DNA of 64,000 nt from an uncultured Chromatiales bacterium. Lineage in GTDB: Bacteria; Pseudomonadota; Gammaproteobacteria; Poriferisulfidales; Poriferisulfidaceae. Position numbers and translations under genes: made by a program. The notes beneath the pieces were generated by a model. That model saw only the letters and a list, made by a program, of their open reading frames with translations. It searched no databases and had not been told where the DNA came from. Positions 26,996 through 40,202 of the stretch are shown here, piece by piece; position 1 is the stretch's first letter, and every line of letters begins with the position of its first letter. The stretch is from contig CAZRSJ010000002.1 of assembly GCA_964602805.1 (NCBI GenBank), forward strand, positions 36,824-100,823. Reading direction: 5' to 3'.

Positions 26996-28681
26996 TCAGG
27001 AATCGTCGTCCTTCCGGCCTACCAGTTTATCGCGAAGTATGCCGCCCAGCGATTTGCTGATCTTGGGGGCGGCTTCCTTGTACTCCTTGACCGCCTGTTT
27101 CTCCTCGGCCTGGTCCTTGGCCCGGACCGACAGGCTCAGGTGGCGGTTCTTGCGGTCGAACGACTGGACAAACGCTTCCAGGGTGTCGCCGACCTTGACA
27201 TGGTTGCGGGCATCTTCCACCGAGTCGTCGGCCAGTTCGGAGGCCGGGATCGAGCCGGTGATCTGCTCCGCCACCTCCACGGTGATCGTGCGGGGCTCGA
27301 CTTCGGTGACCGTGCAGGAGACGGCCTCGCCCTTGGGATGCTGCTTGAGCCAGCCTTGGACCGGGTCTTCCGTCAATTGCTTGATGCCGAGCGAGACGCG
27401 CTCGCGGTCGACGTCGACGGACAGGACCTTGGCCTCGATTTCGTTGCCCTTGCGGTATTCATGGATAACCTTCTCGCCGGGATCGGTCCAGGACAGGTCG
27501 GACAGGTGGATCAGGCCGTCGATGCCGCCCTCCAGGCCGACGAAGATGCCGAAATCGGTAATCGACTTGACGGTGCCGGTCACTTGGGTGCCCTTGCTGT
27601 ACATGGCGGCGAACGCCTCCCAGGGGTTGGAGCTGCACTGCTTCATGCCGAGCGAGATGCGGCGGCGCTCCAGGTCGATCTCCAGCACCATCACCTCGAC
27701 CGACTCGCCGAGCGTCACCACCCGGGACGGGTTGGCGTTGCGCGAGGTCCAGTCCATCTCCGAGGCGTGCACCAGGCCCTCGATGCCGTCCTCGATCTCG
27801 ACGAAGCAGCCGTAATCGGTGATGCTGGTCACCGTGCCCGGGACCTTGCTGCCGACCTCGTAGCGGTCCACGATGTTCTCCCACGGGTCCTCCGTCAGCT
27901 GCTTGATGCCGAGGGAGACCCGGCCGCTTTCCTGGTCGTAGCTCAGGATCTTGACGTCGATTTCCTGGCCGACTTCCACCACGTCGGACGGATGCTTGAT
28001 GCGCCGCCAGGCCATGTCGGTGATGTGCAGAAGGCCATCGACGCCGCCGAGATCCAGGAAGGCGCCGTATTCGGTCAGGTTCTTGACCGTGCCGCGCACC
28101 ACGCCGCTCTCGGAGAGCTTTTTCAGCATGGCGTCGCGCTCGGCGCTGTGCTCGGTCTTGAGCACGGCCCGGCGGGAGACGACCACATTGTCGCGGCGCC
28201 GGTCGATCTTGATGATCTTGAATTCCAGTTCGCGGTTTTCCAGGTAGGCCGTGTCGCGTACGGGTCGGACATCGACCAGCGAACCCGGCAGGAAGGCGCG
28301 GATCGAGTTGAGGTTGATGGTGAAGCCGCCCTTGATCTTGTTGACGATGGTGCCGGTGACGTTGGTGTTTTCCTCGTAGGCTTTCTCCAGGTCGCTCCAG
28401 ATGCGGATGCGCTTGGCGCGCTCGCGCGACATGCGGGTCTCGCCGTTGCCGTCCTCGATGGCGTCCAGGGAGACCTCGACGGTGTCGCCGACTTCGACTT
28501 CCAGCTTGCCGTCGGGGCCGACGAACTGGTCGGCCGGGATGAAGCATTCGGATTTCAGTCCGGCGCTGACGACGACGGAGTCCGGTCGGATGTCTACGAC
28601 GGTGCCGTCGATGATCGAGCCGGCCCGCGTCTGCAGGTGTGCAATATTCTCTTCAAGAAGTTCCGCGAAGGATTCGCTCAT
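26996..28681 (-). CDS. rpsA: 30S ribosomal protein S1
   Basis: 561 aa, six S1 domains. Overlaps cmk stop by 4 bp. Confidence 0.95.
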   Translation of the reverse strand: MSESFAELLEENIAHLQTRAGSIIDGTVVDIRPDSVVVSAGLKSECFIPADQFVGPDGKLEVEVGDTVEVSLDAIEDGNGETRMSRERAKRIRIWSDLEKAYEENTNVTGTIVNKIKGGFTINLNSIRAFLPGSLVDVRPVRDTAYLENRELEFKIIKIDRRRDNVVVSRRAVLKTEHSAERDAMLKKLSESGVVRGTVKNLTEYGAFLDLGGVDGLLHITDMAWRRIKHPSDVVEVGQEIDVKILSYDQESGRVSLGIKQLTEDPWENIVDRYEVGSKVPGTVTSITDYGCFVEIEDGIEGLVHASEMDWTSRNANPSRVVTLGESVEVMVLEIDLERRRISLGMKQCSSNPWEAFAAMYSKGTQVTGTVKSITDFGIFVGLEGGIDGLIHLSDLSWTDPGEKVIHEYRKGNEIEAKVLSVDVDRERVSLGIKQLTEDPVQGWLKQHPKGEAVSCTVTEVEPRTITVEVAEQITGSIPASELADDSVEDARNHVKVGDTLEAFVQSFDRKNRHLSLSVRAKDQAEEKQAVKEYKEAAPKISKSLGGILRDKLVGRKDDDS

Positions 28682-29379
28682 GGATGGGTGCCCTTGTCTG
28701 ATGGAGTTAATATTCCGGGCAGGCAGGCCCGGGCCTTTGCATGAACCTCCTCGATCGATTGTTCGCTGGTGTCGATCAGGCAGGCATCGGGAGCCTGAAC
28801 CAGGGGCGATTCACCCCGCCGCATGTCTTGAAGATCACGCTGATTCAACTCGTCGATTAGCATATTAAGTCTAGCATTGATCCCCATTTCCTCCAACTGA
28901 CGCTGCCTCCGGCGCGCCCGGACTTCCAGCGAAGCGACCAAGTGGAACTTCAGGCAGGCGTCCGGAAAGACCACGGTTCCCATGTCGCGTCCGTCGGCCA
29001 CCAGTCCCGGCATGCGGCGTGCTGCGCGCTGGTGATCCAGCAGGGCGCGGCGGACTTCCGGATGGACCGAGACGCGTGAGGCGACCCGCCCGACTTCCGG
29101 AGCCCGAACACGGGTCGTGACGTCCGTTCCATCCAGCAGGATCCGGATCGATTCCGGCTGGATCTCGGTCTCGATTTGCATGGTTTGGGCGATCCCGCCG
29201 CAGGCGGCTGCGTCGTCGGGATCCGCGCCCGCCTGCAGGACGGCCAGCCCGGCGGCGCGGTACAGGGCGCCGGAGTCGAGGTAGTGCCAGCCCAGTTCGT
29301 CCGCGAGGTTCCGGGCCAGCGTGCCCTTGCCGGATCCGGCAGTGCCGTCGACGGCGATGACGGGAGCGGCCTCAGGCAT
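28678..29379 (-). CDS. cmk: Cytidylate kinase
   Basis: [41 protein letters not shown]… Start at internal ATG 29379 (track ORF N-extended). Overlaps aroA stop. Confidence 0.9.
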   Translation of the reverse strand: MPEAAPVIAVDGTAGSGKGTLARNLADELGWHYLDSGALYRAAGLAVLQAGADPDDAAACGGIAQTMQIETEIQPESIRILLDGTDVTTRVRAPEVGRVASRVSVHPEVRRALLDHQRAARRMPGLVADGRDMGTVVFPDACLKFHLVASLEVRARRRQRQLEEMGINARLNMLIDELNQRDLQDMRRGESPLVQAPDACLIDTSEQSIEEVHAKARACLPGILTPSDKGTHP

Positions 29380-30676
29380 CGTGCAGGCGTATTCCGGCCT
29401 GACGGGCGAGGCCGGGGAATTCGGGGAACGAGGTCGCCGCCCATTGCGCGCCTTCGACGGCGACCGGCTCCGAGGCCGCCAGCGCGGCAATCGCAAACGC
29501 CATGGCGATGCGGTGATCCCGGTGGCTTTGGATCGTGCCGCCGCCCAGTCGGCCACCTGTAATCCGGACGGTATCGTCGTCGATCTCCATCGGCACGCCC
29601 AGCGTTGCCAAGCCTTCCGCCATGGCGGCGACCCGGTCGCTTTCCTTGATCCTCAACTCGCTGATCCCGGACAGGGTGGTCACCCCCTCCGCACAGGCGG
29701 CGGCCACGCACAGCACCGGAAATTCATCAATGGCATTGGCGACCAGGTCGGGCCCGATGCCGATCCCGGTCAACGAGCTGCTGCGAACGGTGAGGTCGGC
29801 GACCGGTTCCCGGCCGACGGAATCGACGGCGTCAAGGGTCAGGTCGGCCCCCATTTTCCCGAGGATCTGCAGGATCCCGTCGCGCCGCGGGTTGACGCCG
29901 ACGCCGGGCAGTTTCAGTTCGGAGCCCGGTGCGATCAAGGCGCCTACGATGAAGAAGGCGGCGGCCGACAGGTCGCGCGGGACGGTGATCTCGGCGCCGT
30001 GCAGGGCCTGTCCGCCTTCGACGCAGATTTGTGCGCCGTCCACTTCGCAGTCTGCACCGAACAATGGCAGCATGCGTTCGGTGTGATCCCGCGACGGCAC
30101 CGCCTCCGTCAGGCAGGTGCGGCCCCGGGCCTGGAGCCCGGCAAGCAGGAGGGCGGACTTGACCTGCGCGCTTGCGACCGGAGCCCCGTAAGTGATCCCC
30201 TGCAGGGAGGTGCCGTCAATACGGATCGGCGGGCGGCCGGAATCGGTCTCGATGCGTGCGCCCATCTCCCTCAGGGGGCCGGCGACCCGCTCCATGGGTC
30301 GCTGCGACAGCGAGGCGTCCCCGATCAGCGTGGCGGGGAAAGGGCGAGCCGCCAGCAGGCCGCACAACAGTCGCATGGCCGTGCCGGAATTCCCAAGATC
30401 CAGCGGTGCCTCCGGGGCCGTCAATCCGTCGGGGCCGCGGCCTTCCACCACCCAGCTTCCAGGCGAGACTTCCCGGATGTCCACGCCCATCTGGGCGAGC
30501 GCGTGGGCGGTCGCCCGGCAGTCTTCGCTGTCGAGGACGCCTTCCAGCCGGCTGGTGCCCTCGGCAAGGGCGGCGATCAGGAAGGCCCGGTGGCTGATGG
30601 ACTTGTCGCCGGGCAGGGCGAGGGTTCCGCGGACCTGACCTCCCGGTTCCAGCCGCCAGCCGTCACTCGTGTCCAT
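29372..30676 (-). CDS. aroA: 3-Phosphoshikimate 1-carboxyvinyltransferase (EPSP synthase)
   Basis: …GTLALPGDKSISHRAFLIAAL… 434 aa from ATG 30676. Overlaps tyrA stop. Confidence 0.9.
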   Translation of the reverse strand: MDTSDGWRLEPGGQVRGTLALPGDKSISHRAFLIAALAEGTSRLEGVLDSEDCRATAHALAQMGVDIREVSPGSWVVEGRGPDGLTAPEAPLDLGNSGTAMRLLCGLLAARPFPATLIGDASLSQRPMERVAGPLREMGARIETDSGRPPIRIDGTSLQGITYGAPVASAQVKSALLLAGLQARGRTCLTEAVPSRDHTERMLPLFGADCEVDGAQICVEGGQALHGAEITVPRDLSAAAFFIVGALIAPGSELKLPGVGVNPRRDGILQILGKMGADLTLDAVDSVGREPVADLTVRSSSLTGIGIGPDLVANAIDEFPVLCVAAACAEGVTTLSGISELRIKESDRVAAMAEGLATLGVPMEIDDDTVRITGGRLGGGTIQSHRDHRIAMAFAIAALAASEPVAVEGAQWAATSFPEFPGLARQAGIRLHDA

Positions 30677-31544
30677 CGGGACGCAAGGTGTCGCGGGTCT
30701 TCTTCGCGGTCGTGAACGAGCCTCGCAGCACATCGGGTTGGCCGTTGTGCAGGGCATCGATCAATTCGCCGATGCGGCCCTGGAATTTCTCCAGGATGGG
30801 TGCTAGGTGCTCACGGTTGGCTTGGCAGATGTCGAGCCAAAGTTCCGGGTTGCTGGAGGCAATGCGGGTGAAGTCGAGCAGGCCGCCTGCGGCATAGCGC
30901 TTCAACTCCTCGGCCGGGAACGTGTCGGTCAGGACCTCCATCAGGGCATAGGCGAGCACATGCGGGAGATGGCTGATGCCTGCGAACAGCGCATCGTGCG
31001 TATCCGCATCCATGCGCTCGACCTGCGCGCCGAGCTGCTCCCACATCCAGCAGATCCGGCCGACCTTCCCGGAATCGGTGCTGCTGACCGGGGTCAGTAC
31101 CACGCGGCGGTCGCGGAACAGGCCGCTGCTGGCATGCTGCGCTCCGCTTTTCTCCGTACCGGAAATCGGGTGCCCGGGCACGAACCAGGGCGGAACCTGG
31201 CCGCACGCTTGCTCAATCTCTCGCAGCACGGGCTTCTTGATGCTGCCGACATCGGTGACCACCTGGTGTTCGGCAATGTGCGGTTCCAGGTTCCGGCAGA
31301 CCTCGGCAATGGCGGAAGGCGGAGTGGCCAGCACGATCAATTCAACCTCCTTGGCCGCAGCCTCGGGGGTCGGGTGGATCGCATCGATCAGGTCGAGGCC
31401 GCGCGCCTGCTCCAGCGCCTCCGGGTCCGAATCGTAGCCGTGGATCGCATGTACGGCGCCGGCTGCCCGCAGCCCTGCCGCCATGGACCCGCCGATGTGC
31501 CCGACTCCGATCAGCGCGAGAGACGTGCTCATGATGCCCGCCAT
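30663..31544 (-). CDS. tyrA: Prephenate/arogenate dehydrogenase
   Basis: …LALIGVGHIGGSMAAGL… Rossmann fold and TyrA core. Overlaps hisC stop. Confidence 0.85.
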   Translation of the reverse strand: MAGIMSTSLALIGVGHIGGSMAAGLRAAGAVHAIHGYDSDPEALEQARGLDLIDAIHPTPEAAAKEVELIVLATPPSAIAEVCRNLEPHIAEHQVVTDVGSIKKPVLREIEQACGQVPPWFVPGHPISGTEKSGAQHASSGLFRDRRVVLTPVSSTDSGKVGRICWMWEQLGAQVERMDADTHDALFAGISHLPHVLAYALMEVLTDTFPAEELKRYAAGGLLDFTRIASSNPELWLDICQANREHLAPILEKFQGRIGELIDALHNGQPDVLRGSFTTAKKTRDTLRPDGHE

Positions 31545-32650
31545 GCCTGCAACGCGTCGACCAGGGTCCGGGTCTCCTCGGCGGTGCCGATGGTGCAGCG
31601 CAGCCAGTTCGGCAGCTCATACTCCGGCAGTGCGCGCACCAGGATGCCGCGCTCGCGCAGGAAATCCACCACGGCCCGGGCCTGCTCGCCGAAGTCCAGG
31701 GTCAGGAAATTGCCGTGCGTGCCCAGTGCGCGCAGCTCAAGTTCGCGTGCCGTCCTCAGCAGTTGACGCATGCCTTGGGCATTGACGGCCCGGCTGTGCG
31801 CCACGTGTTCCTCGTCGCCGACAGCGGCCACCGCCGCCTGTTGCGCCAGCGTGTTGACGTTGAAGGGCTGCCGTACCCGGTTGAGCATCGCAATGACTTC
31901 GGGGTGGGCCAGCGCGTAGCCGATGCGCAGTCCGGCCAACCCGAAAATCTTGGAAAACGTCCGGGTCACGATCACCTGCGGGTATTCCAGGAAACGCCCA
32001 GCCGCCGGGATCGGGTCGCGGTATTCGGCATAGGCCTCGTCCAGCACGACCAGTATGTGAGGCGGCAGCGCCTCGATCAAAGCCCGAATCTCGTCGTCTT
32101 CCAGCACGGTGCCGGTCGGGTTGTTCGGGTTGGCGATGAACACCACGGCCGTGGTCTCGTCCACGCATTCGAGCAGCGTCTTCGGGTCGTGCCCCAGCGG
32201 CTGCTCGTGCTCGACCAGGTGCGGGGCCGAAATCCGCGCCGTGGCGCCTGCCGCCTGCACCACCAGCGGGTAGACCACGAAGGCGTGCCGCGCGAACGCG
32301 GCGCTGCGGCCCGCCTCCAGGTAGGCGCACGCGACCAGGTCCAGCAGGTCGGAAGAACCGTTGCCGAAGATCAGGCAGTCGGGCGGGCAGTCGTGCCGGG
32401 CGCTCAGCGCTTCTCTCAGCGCGTGTCCGTCGTTATCGGGGTAGCGGGACAGGTTGGCGGGCTCCCTCAGGGCGGCCATCGCCTCGGCAGACGGGCCGAG
32501 CGGATTTTCGTTGGAAGCCAGGCGGCAGACCTTCTCGTCCACGGTACTGGGCCGGGCGCCGGGCACGTAGGGGGTCAGGCCCTGCACGCAGGGGCGTGCG
32601 GCCGCGACGATGCGCCGCAATGCCGCGGCATCGGTGTCGGGAACGGTCAT
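31529..32650 (-). CDS. hisC: Histidinol-phosphate aminotransferase
   Basis: …LASNENPLGPS… class II PLP aminotransferase, 373 aa. Confidence 0.9.
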   Translation of the reverse strand: MTVPDTDAAALRRIVAAARPCVQGLTPYVPGARPSTVDEKVCRLASNENPLGPSAEAMAALREPANLSRYPDNDGHALREALSARHDCPPDCLIFGNGSSDLLDLVACAYLEAGRSAAFARHAFVVYPLVVQAAGATARISAPHLVEHEQPLGHDPKTLLECVDETTAVVFIANPNNPTGTVLEDDEIRALIEALPPHILVVLDEAYAEYRDPIPAAGRFLEYPQVIVTRTFSKIFGLAGLRIGYALAHPEVIAMLNRVRQPFNVNTLAQQAAVAAVGDEEHVAHSRAVNAQGMRQLLRTARELELRALGTHGNFLTLDFGEQARAVVDFLRERGILVRALPEYELPNWLRCTIGTAEETRTLVDALQAWRAS

Positions 32651-32654
32651 GAGG

Positions 32655-33728
32655 TCAACCCAGTGCGCAGGGGTAGGAGCCCAGGATCTTGCAGAACGCG
32701 GCCGCCTCGTGCAGGCTTTCCAGCGCCTGTGCCACCTTGGGGTCCTGCTTGTGGCCCCGGATGTCCAGGAAGAACACGTATTCCCAGTTGATGGCCTGCG
32801 TGGGGCGCGATTCGATGCGGGTCAGGTCGATCCCGGCATCGGCCAGCGGATGCAGCAACCCCAGCAGCGCGCCGGGCTGGTTGTGCGCCGACACCAGCAC
32901 GCTGGTCTTGTCCTCGCCGGACGGCGCCTGGTCGTGCTTGCCGAGTATCAGGAACCGGGTCCGGTTGTTCGGGTTGTCCTCGATGTTGGCGGCTAGGATC
33001 TTCAGGTCGTACTGTCCCGCCGCGGCGCGCGAGGCGATGGCCGCGGTATCGGCATGATCGGCGGCATAGCGGGCGGCGGCGGCGTTGCTGGCGTCGTTGA
33101 TGCGGTCCAGGCCCGGCAATTCCCGGTCCAGCCACTGCCGGCACTGGGCCAGGGCCTGCGGGTGCGCACGCACGCAGCGCAGGGTCGAGCGATCCTCGCT
33201 GGAAGCCAGCAGGTGATGGTGGACCGCCAGTTCGACTTCGCCGGCGATCTTCACCGGCGATTCGATGAACCGGTCCAGCGTGTGCGCGACCACGCCGTCG
33301 GTGGAATTTTCGATCGGAACCACGCCGTATTCGGATTGGCCGCTCTCCACCTCGCGGAACACCTCGGCGACGTTGTCGTGCGGGGTGATATCCGCGGCAT
33401 GGCCGAAGTGACGCTGGGCGGCCTGGTGGGTGAACGTGCCTTCCGGGCCGAGATAGGCGACCCGGGTCGGGTGCTCCAGCGCCAGGCAGGCCGACATGAT
33501 TTCACGGAACAGGCGCATCATCCCGTCGTCCGACAGGGGGCCGGGATTAGTCTCGCGAATACGGCGCAGGACCTGCGCTTCGCGCGCAGGGTCGTAGAAC
33601 GCGCCACCCGCCTCCTTGGCGCGCGCGGTCTCAAGCGCCAGCGCCGCGCGGCGGCTGATGCGCTCCATGATTTCGGCGTCCAGCGCATCGATCTGCTGCC
33701 GGGCCGATTCCAGCTCGTTGTTCTTCAT
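32655..33728 (-). CDS. pheA: Bifunctional chorismate mutase/prephenate dehydratase (P-protein)
   Basis: CM domain (…ALDAEIMERISRRAALA…), PDT domain, and ACT domain (…ESRPTQ…). Confidence 0.9.
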   Translation of the reverse strand: MKNNELESARQQIDALDAEIMERISRRAALALETARAKEAGGAFYDPAREAQVLRRIRETNPGPLSDDGMMRLFREIMSACLALEHPTRVAYLGPEGTFTHQAAQRHFGHAADITPHDNVAEVFREVESGQSEYGVVPIENSTDGVVAHTLDRFIESPVKIAGEVELAVHHHLLASSEDRSTLRCVRAHPQALAQCRQWLDRELPGLDRINDASNAAAARYAADHADTAAIASRAAAGQYDLKILAANIEDNPNNRTRFLILGKHDQAPSGEDKTSVLVSAHNQPGALLGLLHPLADAGIDLTRIESRPTQAINWEYVFFLDIRGHKQDPKVAQALESLHEAAAFCKILGSYPCALG

Positions 33729-34790
33729 GTTTTGCGTTCGAAATCCCGCATGAATTCGACCAGGGCTTCCGCCCCGGCTACAGGCATGGCATTGTACAGG
33801 CTCGCCCGCATTCCGCCGACGACTTTATGGCCGCGCAGCCCGATCAGGCCGGCGGTTTCGGCCTGCTGCAGGAAGGCGGTTTCCAGTGCCGGGTCCGCCA
33901 GGGTGAAGCAAACGTTCATGCGCGAGCGGGCCCGGGGGGCGATGGCGTTCACATAGAGCGAACTGGCGTCGATGCAGTCGTACACGAGATCCGCGCGGGT
34001 CCGGGCGCGCCGCTCCATTTCCTCCAGCCCGCCCTGTTCGCGGATCCAGCGCAGCATCAGTGCGCTGACGTACCAGGCATAGATGGGGGGCGTGTGATAA
34101 AGGCAGCCGGTGCGGGCCTGGGACGCGTAGGACAGGCCCGGGGCCAGCCCGGTCTCTTCGCGAAGGCGGTCGCGCCGGATCACCAGCACCGTCAGCCCGG
34201 CCGTGCCGAAGTTTTTCTGGCTGCCGGCATAGCACAGCGCATACGGGCGGATGTCGAACGGTTCGCTCAGGAAATCCGAGGTGCGGTCGCAGACCAGGGG
34301 GCAGGCCGCCTGCGGGGCCGGCATCGCCAGGCCGGTCAGTGTTTCGTTGGAGACGTAGTGCAGGAAGGCCAGCCCGTCCGTGTCCGCCGGTGCGAGGTCG
34401 GGATAGTCCGCCGGATCCGGCGAATCCGGCAGCACGCGGATTTCGCGGAGTTTTCGTGCTTCCTCGATCGCCTGTCGGGACCAGAAACCCGAGTCGACCA
34501 GCCCGATCCGGTCGTCCGGGGCGCTCAGGTTCTGCACCCACAAGGTGTAGTGCACCCGCGCGCCGCCGTTCAGGAACAGCACCGCGTAGTCGTCGGGGAG
34601 CGCGAGCAGGGTGCGCAGGTCGGCTTCCGCCTGTTCCGCGATGGTATTGAAGTCCGGGCCGCGGTGGCTCAACTCCAGGATGGATCGGCCGTGCGGGGGG
34701 AAGGAACGGACGGCCTCGGCGGCCTCGGCGACGACTTCCGGAGGAAGCTGGGCCGGTCCGGGCGCGTAGTTGTAGCGGGCTGGGGCTCCC

Positions 34791-34801
<11 letters not shown>
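33725..34801 (-). CDS. serC: Phosphoserine aminotransferase
   Basis: …[15 protein letters not shown]… Probable TTG start at 34801 overlapping gyrA 3' end. The track ORF extends further upstream into gyrA. Confidence 0.85.
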
Positions 34802-37373
<2,572 letters not shown>

Positions 37374-37578
37374 GCTGAAGGGGGTTTTCCGGGGGTAAAA
37401 ATACGTGGGATTTTGGGCTGAAATTCAATCAAATAATTTTACCAGAAATCGCGGTTTTCTGCACCTTTTTCAAGGGGGCCAAAAAGGCTGCCGGAAGGGG
37501 GGTCCGGAGGGCATGGGAGAGGGCTTCAGCGCCGAGACAAATCGGCCTGAATTCAGGCTTTTCCGGAGACCTGGGGGA

Positions 37579-37655
37579 TGGTGGCTATGGGTGGACTCGA
37601 ACCACCGACCTTGGCATTATGAGTGCCACGCTCTAACCAGCTGAGCTACATAGCC
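37579..37655 (-). tRNA. tRNA-Met (anticodon CAT), elongator-like
   Basis: Reverse complement GGCTATGTAGCTCAGCTGGTTAGAGCGTGGCACTCATAATGCCAAGGTCGGTGGTTCGAGTCCACCCATAGCCACCA. GCCTGAATTCAGGC hairpin downstream. Confidence 0.85.
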
Positions 37656-37714
37656 AGGTGCGCGCGCATTATATATAAGTTGGAAGTCCTGCGGCCGCCC
37701 GAATTCGCGCCCCG

Positions 37715-38398
37715 CTACCCGGAATAACGCGCCACCGCCACGATGCGGGGGGCCGTCACGACGGAAACCGACATGTTCAATCCTCCCTTCAGGGCCGCTT
37801 TGCCGGAGTCCAGGTCGATTTCGACGTCCTGAAACCCTAGGAACTGACCGGTCTTCGAATTGAAGGCCTTGTAGACGGCCTCCTTGGCGCAGAACAGGAC
37901 GCGGCTTTGAAGAAGGTCGGCGTCATACCTGCGTTGCTCGTCAGAAGTGGAGATCTCTTCCATAATCTTGGGCGGCAAGGGTTCCGCCGGTTCGACGTCG
38001 ATGCCGACAAAAGACGAGCCGTCGGAGTGCATCACGGCGGCCACGGCCACGTCCCTGTCATGGGCGAGGGAGCCGGCCACGCCGTCCGGCCACTTGGGCG
38101 CGCCGTTCGGCAGCCGAGGCAACTCGGCGTCGGGCAGATCCAGTTGCTTCAGGAGCTGCCGCGCCAATATCCGGACCGCGCCGCTCTGCCTGAGAACCTT
38201 AAGGGTGGCTTTCTCGCGGCCTGCGCGTTCGGCAGGCGAGAGCGCATGCTCGTCTCCCGGCGTGATGACGCGGTGCCCCAGCAACAAGCCGGGTGCCTGC
38301 AATGTTTCCATGGCTTGCGCCAGCAGGGGGTCGGTGGCCGCCTCGTCCTTAGCCACTTGCGGCAGACTCCTCGCAGGGGGTTTGTTCTTCCGCCCCAT
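37715..38398 (-). CDS. 4'-Phosphopantetheinyl transferase (EntD/Sfp/PcpS type)
   Basis: …FVGIDVEPAE… and …FCAKEAVYKAF… PPTase motifs. Start ambiguous (ATG 38398 or 38311); overlaps the upstream gene end. Confidence 0.65.
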   Translation of the reverse strand: MGRKNKPPARSLPQVAKDEAATDPLLAQAMETLQAPGLLLGHRVITPGDEHALSPAERAGREKATLKVLRQSGAVRILARQLLKQLDLPDAELPRLPNGAPKWPDGVAGSLAHDRDVAVAAVMHSDGSSFVGIDVEPAEPLPPKIMEEISTSDEQRRYDADLLQSRVLFCAKEAVYKAFNSKTGQFLGFQDVEIDLDSGKAALKGGLNMSVSVVTAPRIVAVARYSG

Positions 38399-39017
38399 AA
38401 AGCCGAGACACGCCTTCGGCGAATGCCGCCTGCCCGCCATAGCTGGGATGCCGCACTGAATGGTGGTCCAAACCGAATTCATCCAGCGTGTCATGGGCAT
38501 CTCTCCCGATGGCGACGATTCGGCGGGGCCGGAGGGCGTCCAGCAGGGCGAAGAACAAATCCTGGCAGGTTTGCCGCTCGGCCCGGGTGTGGCGGCGGTT
38601 GGACAGGGGTCTGCCGGGTTCGAACGGGTGCAGGGGAAAGATGTTCCAGAGGAAGATGGGCTGATCCACCCGGGCCAGCATCTTCCAGATCACGGCCGCA
38701 GTGCGTTCGGCAACGGGCAGGCCCTTGGTGGCGCGGCGCAGGGCGAGGCCGCCGTAGGCTCGGGACAGGGTCGGGAGATGTTCTTCGTCGGTCAGTGGCA
38801 GTCCGGTGCGGCGGCCGCCGCGGTAGCCAAGGTCCCGGGCGACCCAGAGGGAATCGACACGCATGCGAATCGCTGCATCAAGCAGGGCACGCAAATTGGC
38901 ACGCCGCCGCCGGTCCGCGTCGGCCCGGTCGCACAGGCCGCATCGCTCGCCATACGGATTGAAGACTCCGTCGAGGCGGATGCGGCTCAGGGTCCTGACG
39001 AACGAGTGGGGGGACAT
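38349..39017 (-). CDS. Putative uracil-DNA glycosylase-superfamily protein
   Basis: …FNPYGERCGLCD… and …IFLWNIFPLHP…VRHPSYGG… resemble UDG family 4/5 motifs. Weak call. Confidence 0.4.
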   Translation of the reverse strand: MSPHSFVRTLSRIRLDGVFNPYGERCGLCDRADADRRRRANLRALLDAAIRMRVDSLWVARDLGYRGGRRTGLPLTDEEHLPTLSRAYGGLALRRATKGLPVAERTAAVIWKMLARVDQPIFLWNIFPLHPFEPGRPLSNRRHTRAERQTCQDLFFALLDALRPRRIVAIGRDAHDTLDEFGLDHHSVRHPSYGGQAAFAEGVSRLYGAEEQTPCEESAASG

Positions 39018-39143
39018 AATCCCATTAAAGCACTAGGGCGGTTTCCCGGCTCGGTTCGGGCCGTGGCTGCCCAAAATCCCGCATCCGTCTACAATCCGTT
39101 CACCACGTCAGCCCGGGTTCGCCATCGACACCGGCAGATCGGC

Positions 39144-40202
39144 ATGGATGCAGAGACGCAACAACCGCTTTCCGACCCCATCCCCTTCGCGTTCAAAGGG
39201 CGCGCCGAGGATTATTTCGCGATCTGGGTCGTGAACCTGCTATTCACGATTCTCACGCTCGGAGTGTATTCGGCGTGGGCAAAAGTCCGCCGATTGCAGT
39301 TCTTCTACGGCAACACCCGCCTGGCGGGCGACGGGTTCAGTTACCTGGCGCGTCCCGTTGTCCTGTTGCGTGCCCGGCTTCTGGTGGCCGCCGTCCTGTC
39401 GCTTTACATTGCGGCCCTCTGGTTCTCACCTCCGGTTGGTTTTCTGCTGACCCTCGGGTTCATTCCTGTCTACCCTTGGGTCATCCACCGCTCGCTGCGC
39501 TTCAACAGCCGCATGACGGCATGGCGCACGGTGCGATTTGACTGGCACGGGACCTATCCGCAGGCATTCAAGGTGTTTGTCCTGTGGCCGGTCGCCAGCA
39601 TCCTGACGCTGGGCATTGCGTTTCCCCTTGCCGCCCGCGCCATGCGCGAGTACGTTGCCAACAGTCAGGCGTTCGGCCATGCGAGGTTTTCGGCGCGCAC
39701 GGGTGTTGCGGAGTATTACCTTGCCGCAGGAGTGACGCTCCTGGTCTTCCTGTTCGGCGGCAGCGTCATTGCGGCCGTGCTCGGCGTCGTTCTGGCATTG
39801 CTGGGATTCGGGCTGGCGTCCGAGGCTTTCGTCATTGGGGGGGCCGAGTTGATCGCCTTGCTGGCAGCGCCGCTGGCAGCCTATGCTGGGGGCGAGTTGT
39901 TCATGGTCCTGACGCGAAACATCATCGTCAACCGGCTTATCCTGCAGCCGGGGCATCACTTCGGTTGCAGCCTGTCCGGCGCCACGATTATCTGGATCAG
40001 CGTGACCAACATGCTGGCCATCCTGTTTTCGCTGGGATTGCTGTGGCCGTGGGCGCAGGTGCGTCGCTGGCGTTATCTGGCCGAAGCCATGGCCCTGAGG
40101 CCGGTCGGGTCACTTGAGCACTTCATTGATTCGCAGCATGCCGCGGGGGTCGCCGTTGCCTCCGAATACGCGGATATCGAAGGCTACGAGGTCGGGTTGT
40201 GA
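39144..40202 (+). CDS. YjgN/DUF898 family inner-membrane protein
   Basis: Starts MDAETQQPLSDPIPFAFKGRAEDYFAIWVVNLLFTILTLGVYSAWAKVRRLQFFYGNTRL… (DUF898 N-terminal signature). Multiple TM helices. The track ORF is N-extended by lack of a stop. Confidence 0.75.
   Translation: MDAETQQPLSDPIPFAFKGRAEDYFAIWVVNLLFTILTLGVYSAWAKVRRLQFFYGNTRLAGDGFSYLARPVVLLRARLLVAAVLSLYIAALWFSPPVGFLLTLGFIPVYPWVIHRSLRFNSRMTAWRTVRFDWHGTYPQAFKVFVLWPVASILTLGIAFPLAARAMREYVANSQAFGHARFSARTGVAEYYLAAGVTLLVFLFGGSVIAAVLGVVLALLGFGLASEAFVIGGAELIALLAAPLAAYAGGELFMVLTRNIIVNRLILQPGHHFGCSLSGATIIWISVTNMLAILFSLGLLWPWAQVRRWRYLAEAMALRPVGSLEHFIDSQHAAGVAVASEYADIEGYEVGL

Noticed and set aside
26918-28744. 608-aa ORF antisense to rpsA/ihfB
   Set aside because: Antisense GC artefact opposite S1 repeats.
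38460-39143. Upstream 228-codon extension of the DUF898 ORF
   Set aside because: No homology. Overlaps the convergent gene. Real start at ATG 39144 (MDAETQQ…).
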